A stretch of 64,000 nucleotides of DNA, from assembly GCA_964016885.1 (NCBI GenBank), contig OZ024741.1, positions 209,374,001 through 209,438,000 on the forward strand. The letters run 5' to 3'. Positions 53,301 to 64,000 of this stretch are shown here, piece by piece (position 1 is the stretch's first letter; each line of letters begins with the position of its first letter). The translations under genes and the position numbers were made by a program. The notes under the pieces were generated by a model, which worked only from the letters and a program-made list of their open reading frames with translations, ran no database searches and was not told the DNA's origin. This stretch comes from Eledone cirrhosa. Its lineage: Eukaryota.

Positions 53301-56091
53301 TCAGAAAGATATCTCCGTAAAATAACGAGTGGTGGCTGCGTAAAATAATGAATTACGCACGAAAATGAGAAAATTTCGATTCTCGATCGTGGGCCGGCCG
53401 GATGTCGGATCGATTCGTAAATACAAGGATAATGTGCGGACACTCCTTGGCTGTGTGCGGCATGATTTTCAGGACGATATCTCCGTAAAATCAAGAGTTG
53501 ATAACCCCAACTTAACTTAACCTCAACTTAACTTAACCGCAACTTAACTTAACCGCAACCTAACTTAACCCCAACTTAACTTAACCGCAACCTAACTTAA
53601 CCCCAACTTAACTTAACCGCAACTTAACTTAACCCCAACCTAACTTAACTCCAACTTAACTTAACCGCAACTTAACTTAACCGCAACCTAACTTAACCCC
53701 AACTTAATTTAACCGCAACTTAACTTAACCGCAACTTAGCTTAACCCCAACCCTTGGTGGGATCGATCTGTAATTACTGGTACATGTGCAGACACTCATT
53801 GGCTGTGTGTGGCCTGATTTTCAGAAAGATATCTCCGTAAAATAACGAGTGGTCGCTGCGTAAAATAATGAATTACGCACGAAAATGAGAAAATTTCGAT
53901 TCTCGATCGTCGGCCGGCCGGATGTCGGATCGATTCGTAAATACAAGGATAATGTGCGGACACTCCTTGGCTATGTGCGGCATGATTTTCAGGACGATAT
54001 CTCCGTAAAATCAAGAGTTGATAACCCCAACTTAACTTAACCCCAACTGAACTTAACCGCAACTTAACTCAACCCCAACTTAACTTAACCGCAACCTAAC
54101 TTAACCCCAACTTAACTTAACCGCAACTTAACTTAACCCCAACCTAACTTAACCCCAACTTAACTTAACCGCAACTTAACTTAACCGCAACCTAACTTAA
54201 CCCCAACTTAACTTAACCGCAACTTAACTTAACCGCAACTTAGCTTAACCCCAACCCTTGGTGGGATCGATCTGTAATTACTGGTACATATGCAGACAAT
54301 CATTGGCTGTGTGTGGCCTGATTTTCAGAAAGATATCTCCGTAAAATAACGAGTGGTGGCTGCGTAAAATAATGAATTACGCACGAAAATGAGAAAATTT
54401 CGATTCTCGATCGTGGGCCGGCCGGATGTCGGATCGATTCGTAAATACGAGGATAATGTGCGGACACTCCTTGGCTGTGTGCGGCATGATTTTCAGGACG
54501 ATATCTCCGTAAAATCAAGAGTTGATATCCCCAACTTAACTTAACCCCAACTTAACTTAACCGCAACTTAACTTAACCGCAACCTAACTTAACCCCAACT
54601 TAACTTAACCGCAACCTAACTTAACCCCAACTTAACTTAACCGCAACTTAACTTAACCGCAACTTAGCTTAACCCCAACCCTTGGTGGGATCGATCTGTA
54701 ATTACTGGTACATGTGCAGACACTCATTGGCTGTGTGTGGCCTGATTTTCAGAAAGATATCTCCGTAAAATAACGAGTGGTGGCTGCGTAAAATAATGAA
54801 TTACGCACGAAAATGAGAAAATTTCGATTCTCGATCGTGGGCCGGCCGGATGTCGCATCGATTCGTAAATAGAAGGATAATGTGCGGACACTCCTTGGCT
54901 GTGTGCGGCATGATTTTCAGGACGATATTTCCGTAAAATCAAGAGTTGATAACCCCAACTTAACTTAACCCCAACTTAACTTAACCCCAACTTAACTTAA
55001 CCGCAACATAACTTAACCCCAACTTAACTTAACCCCAACCTAACTTAACCCCAACTTAACTTAACCGCAACTTAACTTAACCGCAACCTAACTTAACCCC
55101 AACTTAACTTAACCGCAACTTAACTTAACCGCAACTTAGCTTAACCCCAACCCTTGGTGGGATCGATCTGTAATTACTGGTACATGTGCAGACACTCATT
55201 GGCTGTGTGTGGCCTGATTTTCAGAAAGATATCTCCGTAAAATAACGAGTGGTGGCTGCGTAAAATAATGAATTACGCACGAAAATGAGAAAATTTCGAT
55301 TCTCGATCGTGGGCCGGCCGGATGTCGGATCGATTCGTAAATACAAGGATAATGTGCGGACACTCCTTGGCTGTGTGCGGCATGATTTTCAGGACGATAT
55401 CTCCGTAAAATCAAGAGTTGATATCCCCAACTTAACTTAACCCCAACTTAACTTAACCGCAACTTAACTTAACCGCAACCTAACTTAACCCCAACTTAAC
55501 TTAACCGCAACCTAACTTAACCCCAACTTAACTTAACCGCAACTTAACTTAACCGCAACTTAGCTTAACCCCAACCCTTGGTGGGATCGATCTGTAATTA
55601 CTGGTACATGTGCAGACACTCATTGGCTGTGTGTGGCCTGATTTTCAGAAAGATATCTCCGTAAAATAACGAGTGGTGGCTGCGTAAAATAATGAATTAC
55701 GCACGAAAATGAGAAAATTTCGATTCTCGATCGTGGGCCGGCCGGATGTCGCATCGATTCGTAAATAGAAGGATAATGTGCGGACACTCCTTGGCTGTGT
55801 GCGGCATGATTTTCAGGACGATATTTCCGTAAAATCAAGAGTTGATAACCCCAACTTAACTTAACCCCAACTTAACTTAACCCCAACTTAACTTAACCGC
55901 AACATAACTTAACCCCAACTTAACTTAACCCCAACCTAACTTAACCCCAACTTAACTTAACCGCAACTTAACTTAACCGCAACCTAACTTAACCCCAACT
56001 TAACTTAACCGCAACTTAACTTAACCGCAACTTAGCTTAACCCCAACCCTTGGTGGGATCGATCTGTAATTACTGGTACATGTGCAGACAC
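47276..56091. repeat. Higher-order tandem duplication, period 4408 bp (9 monomers), with a nested 896-bp (424+472) dimer repeat
   Basis: The series at 47276 is repeated at 51684. The inner dimer is at 49892/50788 and 54300/55196, marked by gataTcccc and aacAtaa. Confidence 0.88.
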
Positions 56092-59000
56092 TCATTGGCT
56101 GTGTGTGGCCTGATTTTCAGAAAGATATCTCCGTAAAATAACGAGTGGTGGCTGCGTAAAATAATGAATTACGCACGAAAATGAGAAAATTTCGATTCTC
56201 GATCGTGGGCCGGCCGGATGTCGGATCGATTCGTAAATACAAGGATAATGTGCGGACACTCCTTGACTGTGTGCGGCATGATTTTCAGGACGATATCTCC
56301 GTAAAATCAAGAGTTGATAACCCCAACTTAACTTAACCCCAACTTAACTTAACCGCAACTTAACTTAACCGCAACCTAACTTAACCCCAACTTAACTTAA
56401 CCGCAACCTAACTTAACCCCAACTTAACTTAACCGCAACTTAACTTAACCCCAACCTAACTTAACCCCAACTTAACTTAACCGCAACTTAACTTAACCGC
56501 AACCTAACTTAACCCCAACTTAACTTAACCGCAACTTAACTTAACCGCAACTTAGCTTAACCCCAACCCTTGGTGGGATCGATCTGTAATTACTGGTACA
56601 TGTGCAGACACTCATTGGCTGTGTGTGGCCTGATTTTCAGAAAGATATCTCCGTAAAATAACGAGTGGTGGCTGCGTAAAATAATGAATTACGCACGAAA
56701 ATGAGAAAATTTCGATTCTCGATCGTGGGCCGGCCGGATGTCGGATCGATTCGTAAATACAAGGATAATGTGCGGACACTCCTTGCCTGTGTGCCGCATG
56801 ATTTTCAGGACGATATCTCCGTAAAATCAAGAGTTGATAACCCCAACTTAACTTAACCCCAACTTAACTTAACCGCAACTTAACTTAACCGCAACCTAAC
56901 TTAACCCCAACTTAACTTAACCGCAACCTAACTTAACCCCAACTTAACTTAACCGCAACTTAACTTAACCCCAACCTAACTTAACCCCAACTTAACTTAA
57001 CCGCAACTTAACTTAACCGCAACCTAACTTAACCCCAACTTAACTTAACCGCAACTTAACTTAACCGCAACTTAGCTTAACCCCAACCCTTGGTGGGATC
57101 GATCTGTAATTACTGGTACATGTGCAGACACTCATTGGCTGTGTGTGGCCTGATTTTCAGATAGATATCTCCGTACAATAACGAGTGGTGGCTGCGCAAA
57201 TTAATGAATTACGCACGAAAATGAGAAAATTTCGATTCTCGATCGTGGGCCGGCCGGATGTCGGATCGATTCGTAAATACAAGGATAATGTGCGGACACT
57301 CCTTGGCTGTGTGCGGCATGATTTTCAGGACGATATCTCCGTAAAATCAAGAGTTGATAACCCCAACTTAACTTAACCCCAACTTAACTTAACCGCAACT
57401 TAACTTAACCGCAACCTAACTTAACCCCAACTTAACTTAACCGCAACCTAACTTAACCCCAACTTAACTTAACCGCAACTTAACTTAACCCCAACCTAAC
57501 TTAACCCCAACTTAACTTAACCGCAACTTAACTTAACCGCAACCTAACTTAACCCCAACTTAACTTAACCGCAACTTAACTTAACCGCAACTTAGCTTAA
57601 CCCCAACCCTTGGTGGGATCGATCTGTAATTACTGGTACATGTGCAGACACTCATTGGCTGTGTGTGGCCTGATTTTCAGAAAGATATCTCCGTAAAATA
57701 ACGAGTGGTGGCTGCGTAAAATAATGAATTACGCACGAAAATGAGAAAATTTCGATTCTCGATCGTGGGCCGGCCGGATGTCGGATCGATTCGTAAATAC
57801 AAGGATAATGTGCGGACACTCCTTGGCTGTGTGCGGCATGATTTTCAGGACGATATCTCCGTAAAATCAAGAGTTGATAACCCCAACTTAACTTAACCCC
57901 AACTTAACTTAACCGCAACTTAACTTAACCCAAACCTAACTTAACCCCAACTTAACTTAACCGCAACTTAACTTAACCGCAACCTAACTTAACCCCAACT
58001 TAACTTAACCGCAACTTAACTTAACCGCAACTTAGCTTAACCCCAACCCTTGGTGGGATCGATCTGTAATTACTGGTACATATGCAGACACTCATTGGCT
58101 GTGTGTGGCCTGATTTTCAGAAAGATATCTCCGTAAAATAACGAGTGGTGGCTGCGTAAAATAATGAATTACGCACGAAAATGAGAAAATTTCGATTCTC
58201 GATCGTGGGCCGGCCGGATGTCGCATCGATTCGTAAATAGAAGGATAATGTGCGGACACTCCTTGGCTGTGTGCGGCATGATTTTCAGGACGATATTTCC
58301 GTAAAATCAAGAGTTGATAACCCCAACTTAACTTAACCCCAACTTAACTTAACCCCAACTTAACTTAACCCCAACTTAACTTAACCGCAACTTAACTTAA
58401 CCGCAACCTAACTTAACCCCAACTTAACTTAACCGCAACCTAACTTAACCCCAACTTAGCTTAACCGCAACTTAACTTAACCCAAACCTAACTTAACCCC
58501 AACTTAACTTAACCGCAACTTAACTTAACCGCAACCTAACTTAACTCTAACTTAACTTAACCGCAACTTAACTTAACCGCAACTTAGCTTAACCCCAACC
58601 CTTGGTGGGATCGATCTGTAATTACTGGTACATGTGCAGACTCTCATTGGCTGTGTGTGGCCTGATTTTCAGAAAGATATCTCCGTAAAATAACGAGTGG
58701 TGGCTGCGTAAAATAATGAATTACGTACGAAAATGAGAAAATTTCGATTCTCGATCGTGGGCCGGCCGGATGTCGGATCGATTCGTAAATACAAGGATAA
58801 TGTGCGGACACTCCTTGCCTGTGTGCCGCATGATTTTCAGGACGATATCTCCGTAAAATCAAGAGTTGATAACCCCAACTTAACTTAACCCCAACTTAAC
58901 TTAACCGCAACTTTACTTAACCGCAACCTAACTTAACCCCAACTTAACTTAACCGCAACCTAACTTAACCCCAACTTAACTTAACCCCAACTTAACTTAA

Positions 59001-62000
59001 CCCCAACCTAACTTAACCCCAACTTAACTTAACCGCAACTTAACTTAACCGCAACCTAACTTAAACCCAACTTAACTTAACCGCAACTTAACTTAACCGC
59101 AACTTAGCTTAACCCCAACCCTTGGTGGGATCGATCTGTAATTACTGGTACATGTGCAGACACTCATTGGCTGTGTGTGGCCTGATTTTCAGAAAGATAT
59201 CTCCGTAAAATAACGAGTGGTGGCTGCGTAAAATAATGAATTACGCACGAAAATGAGAAAATTTCGATTCTCGATCGTGGGCCGGCCGGATGTCGGATCG
59301 ATTCGTAAATACAAGGATAATGTGCGGACACTCCTTGGCTGTGTGCGGCATGATTTTCAGGACGATATCTCCGTAAAATCAAGAGTTGATAACCCCAACT
59401 TAACTTAACCCCAACTTAACTTAACCGCAACTTAACTTAACCCCAACTTAACTTAACCGCAACTTAACTTAACCGCAACCTAACTTAACCCCAACTTAAC
59501 TTAACCGCAACCTAACTTAACCCCAACTTAACTTAACCGCAACTTAACTTAACCCCAACTTAACTTAACCGCAACTTAACTTAACCGCAACCTAACTTAA
59601 CCCCAACTTAACTTAACCGCAACTTAACTTAACCGCAACTTAGCTTAACCCCAACCCTTGGTGGGATCGATCTGTAATTACTGGTATATGTGCAGACACT
59701 CATTGGCTGTGTGTGGCCTGATTTTCAGAAAGATATCTCCGTAAAATAACGAGTGGTGGCTGCGTAAAATAATGAATTACGCACGAAAATGAGAAAATTT
59801 CGATTCTCGATTGTGGGCCGGCCGGATGTCGGATCGATTCGTAAATACAAGGATAATGTGCGGACACTCCTTGGCTGTGTGCGGCATGATTTTCAGGACG
59901 ATATCTCCGTAAAATCAAGAGTTGATAACCCCAACTTAACTTAACCCCAACTTAACTTAACCGCAACTTAACTTAACCGCAACCTAACTTAACCCCAACT
60001 TAACTTAACCGCAACCTAACTTAACCCCAACTTAACTTAACCGCAACTTAACTTAACCCCAACCTAAATTAACTCCAACTTAACTTAACCGCAACTTAAC
60101 TTAACCGCAACCTAACTTAACCCCAACTTAATTTAACCGCAACTTAACTTAACCGCAACTTAGCTTAACCCCAGCCCTTGGTGGGATCGATCTGTAATTA
60201 CTGGTACATGTGCAGACACTCATTGGCTGTGTGTGGCCTGATTTTCAGAAAGATATCTCCGTAAAATAACGAGTGGTGGCTGCGTAAAATAATGAATTAC
60301 GCACGAAAATGAGAAAATTTCGATTCTCGATCGTGGGCCGGCCGGATGTCGCATCGATTCGTAAATAGAAGGATAATGTGCGGACACTCCTTGGCTGTGT
60401 GCGGCATGATTTTCAGGACGATATTTCCGTAAAATCAAGAGTTGATAACCCCAACTTAACTTAACCCCAACTTAACTTAACCCCAACTTAACTTAACCCC
60501 AACTTAACTTAACCGCAACTTAACTTAACCGCAACCTAACTTAACCCCAACTTAACTTAACCGCAACCTAACTTAACCACAACTTAACTTAACCGCAACT
60601 TAACTTAACCCCAACCTAACTTAACCCCAACTTAACTTAACCGCAACTTAACTTAACCGCAACCTAACTTAACCCCAACTTAACTTAACCGCAACTTAAC
60701 TTAACCGCAACTTAGCTTAACCCCAACCCTTGGTGGGATCGATCTGTAATTACTGGTACATGTGCAGACACTCATTGGCTGTGTGTGGCCTGATTTTCAG
60801 AAAGATATCTCCGTAAAATAACGAGTGGTGGCTGCGTAAAATAATGAATTACACACGAAAATGAGAAAATTTCGATTCTCGATCGTGGGCCGGCCGGATG
60901 TCGGATCGATTCGTAAATACAAGGATAATGTGCGGACACTCCTTGGCTGTGTGCGGCATGATTTTCAGGACGATATCTCCGTAAAATCAAGAGTTGATAA
61001 CCCCAACTTAACTTAACCCCAACTTAACTTAACCGCAACTTAACTTAACCGCAACCTAACTTAACCCCAACTTAACTTAACCGCAACCTAACTTAACCCC
61101 AACTTAGCTTAACCGCAACTTAACTTAACCCCAACCTAACTTAACCCCAACTTAACTTAACCGCAACTTAACTTAACCGCAACCTAACTTAACCCCAACT
61201 TAACTTAACCGCAACTTAACTTAACCGCAACTTAGCTTAACCCCAACCCTTGGTGGGATCGATCTGTAATTACTGGTACATGTGCAGACACTCATTGGCT
61301 GTGTGTGGCCTGATTTTCAGAAAGATATCTCCGTAAAATAACGAGTGGTGGCTGCGTAAATTAATGAATTACGCACGAAAATGAGAAAATTTCGATTCTC
61401 GATCGTGGGCCGGCCGGATGTCGGATCGATTCGTAAATACAAGCATAATGTGCGGACACTCCTTGCCTGTGTGCCGCATGATTTTCAGGACGATATCTCC
61501 GTAAAATCAAGAGTTGATAACCCCAACTTAACTTAACCCCAACTTAACTTAACCGCAACTTAACTTAACCGCAACCTAACTTAACCCCAACTTAACTTAA
61601 CCGCAACCTAACTTAACCCCAACTTAACTTAACCGCAACTTAACTTAACCCCAACCTAACTTAACCCCAACTTAACTTAACCGCAACTTAACTTAACCGC
61701 AACCTAACTTAACCCCAACTTAACTTAACCGCAACTTAACTTAACCGCAACTTAGCTTAACCCCAACCCTTGGTGGGATCGATCTGTAATTACTGGTACA
61801 TGTGCAGACACTCATTGGCTGTGTGTCGCCTGATTTTCAGAAAGATATCTCCGTAAAATAACGAGTGGTGGCTGCGTAAAATAATGAATTACGCACGAAA
61901 ATGAGAAAATTTCGATTCTCGATCGTGGGCCGGCCGGATGTCGGATCGATTCGTAAATACAAGGATAATGTGCGGACACTCCTTGGCTGTGTGCGGCATG

Positions 62001-64000
62001 ATTTTCAGGACGATATCTCCGTAAAATCAAGAGTTGATAACCCCAACTTGACTTAACCGCAACTTAACTTAACCGCAACCTAACTTAACACTAACTTAAC
62101 TTAACCGCAACTTAACTTAACCGCAACTTAGCTTAACCCCAACCCTTGGTGGGATCGATCTGTAATTACTGGTACATGTGCAGACACTCATTGGTTGTGT
62201 GTGGCCTGATTTTCAGAAAGATATCTCCGTAAAATAACGAGTGGTGGCTGCGTAAAATAATGAATTACGCACGAAAATGAGAAAATTTCGATTCTCGATC
62301 GTGGGCCGGCCGGATGTCGGATCGATTCGTAAATACAAGGATAATGTGCGGACACTCCTTGCCTGTGTGCCGCATGATTTTCAGGACGATATCTCCGTAA
62401 AATCAAGAGTTGATAACCCCAACTTAACTTAACCCCAACTTAACTTAACCGCAACTTAACTTAACCGCAACCTAACTTAACCCCAACTTAACTTAACCGC
62501 AACCTAACTTAACCCCAACTTAACTTAACCGCAACTTAACTTAACCCCAACCTAACTTAACCCCAACTTAACTTAACCGCAACTTAACTTAACCGCAACC
62601 TAACTTAACCCCAACTTAACTTAACCGCAACTTAACTTAACCGCAACTTAGCTTAACCCCAACCCTTGGTGGGATCGATCTGTAATTACTGGTACATGTG
62701 CAGACACTCATTGGCTGTGTGTGGCCTGATTTTCAGAAAGATATCTCCGTAAAATAACGAGTGGTGGCTGCGTAAAATAATGAATTACGCACGAAAATGA
62801 GAAAATTTCGATTCTCGATCGTGGGCCGGCCGGATGTCGGATCGATTCGTAAATACAAGGATAATGTGCGGACACTCCTTGGCTGTGTGCGGCATGATTT
62901 TCAGGACGATATCTCCGTAAAATCAAGCGTTGATAACCCCAACTTAACTTAACCCCAACTTAACTTAACCGCAACTTAACTTAACCGCAACCTAACTTAA
63001 CCCCAACTTAACTTAACCGCAACCTAACTTAACCCCAACTTAACTTAACCGCAACTTAACTTAACCCCAACCTAACTTAACCCCAACTTAACTTAACCGC
63101 AACTTAACTTAACCGCAACCTAACTTAACCCTAACTTAACTTAACCGCAACTTAACTTAACCGCAACTTAGCTTAACCCCAACCCTTGGTGGGATCGATC
63201 TGTAATTACTGGTACATGTGCAGACACTCATTGGCTGTGTGTGGCCTGATTTTCAGAAAGATGTCTCCGTAAAATAACGAGTGGTGGCTGCGTAAATTAA
63301 TGAATTACGCACGAAAATGAGAAAATTTCGATTCTCGATCGTGGGCCGGCCGGATGTCGGATCGATTCGTAAATACAATGATAATGTGCGGACACTCCTT
63401 GCCTGTGTGCCGCATGATTTTCAGGACGATATCTCCGTAAAATCAAGAGTTGATAACCCCAACTTAACTTAACCCCAACTTAACTTAACCGCAACTTAAC
63501 TTAACCGCAACCTAACTTAACCCCAACTTAACTTAACCGCAACCTAACTTAACCCCAACTTAACTTAACCGCAACTTAACTTAACCCCAACCTAACTTAA
63601 CCCCAAATTAACTTAACCGCAACTTAACTTAACCGCAACCTAACTTAACCCCAACTTAACTTAACCGCAACTTAACTTAACCGCAACTTAGCTTAACCCC
63701 AACCCTTGGTGGGATCGATCTGTAATTACTGGTACATGTGCAGACACTCATTGGCTGTGTGTGGCCTGATTTTCAGAAAGATATCTCCGTAAAATAACGA
63801 GTGGTGGCTGCGTAAAATAATGAATTACGCACGAAAATGAGAAAATTTCTATTCTCGATCGTGGGCCGGCCGGATGTCGGATCGATTCGTAAATACAAGG
63901 ATAATGTGCGGACACTCCTTGGCTGTGTGCGGCATGATTTTCAGGACGATATCTCCGTAAAATCAAGAGTTGATAACCCCAACTTAACTTAACCCCAACT

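Larger units (their letters stand above)
1..64000. repeat. Tandem satellite DNA array, ~128 head-to-tail monomers (modal 520 bp), running off both window ends
   Basis: The anchor 'cccttggtgggatcgatctgtaattactggta' recurs throughout at spacings of 376-552 bp, matching the spacing of the repeated ORF track (460, 980, 1532, 2052, ...). Monomers differ by only a few SNPs. No inversion or foreign insert was seen. Confidence 0.99.

Noticed and set aside
57185-57376. Single 63-aa plus-strand ORF
   Set aside because: It is created by point changes in one monomer that remove stop codons. There is no other coding evidence.
460-63966. ~110 copies of a 72-aa (or 88-aa) minus-strand ORF, MILRRYRPENH...
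   Set aside because: It starts at TTG rather than ATG and has no recognisable domain. About 19 monomers carry stops from several independent SNPs, and many variants change amino acids. Its internal peptide repeat merely reflects the A/A' DNA duplication.
1-64000. CRISPR array or integron-like cassette array
   Set aside because: There are no unique spacers or cassettes, since every interval is the same sequence. There is no leader, cas or integrase gene in the window.
1-64000. Artefactual concatemer (rolling-circle amplification or collapsed assembly of one unit)
   Set aside because: Heritable SNP haplotypes, eight length classes and nested higher-order structure indicate real evolutionary history, although the exact block order still needs read validation.

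Overview
The whole 64-kb window is one uninterrupted, single-orientation eukaryotic-type tandem satellite array of about 128 monomers. I see no credible gene, RNA gene, transposon or CRISPR. The dominant monomer is 520 bp and has two parts. One is a ~270-bp CpG- and palindrome-rich complex segment holding an internal ~93-bp direct repeat (A/A', 167-168 bp apart). The other is a strand-asymmetric mini-array of a 16-bp telomere-like unit, AACC[C/G]C-AAC[T/C]T-AACTT (minus strand TTAAG/TTAGG pentamers plus TTGGGG/TTGCGG hexamers). Monomer lengths are always 280+16n (376, 424, 440, 472, 504, 520, 536, 552 bp). Diagnostic SNPs reveal nested higher-order repeats (2-, 4-, 5-, 9- and 14-monomer blocks), chimeric junction monomers, and a more diverged domain in the last ~5 kb. 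The ~110 repeated 72/88-aa ORFs are best explained as by-products of the repeat. The most interesting hypothesis, which is untested, is a complex telomere-derived (sub)telomeric or centromeric satellite, probably from an insect. All counts and alignments were done by eye.
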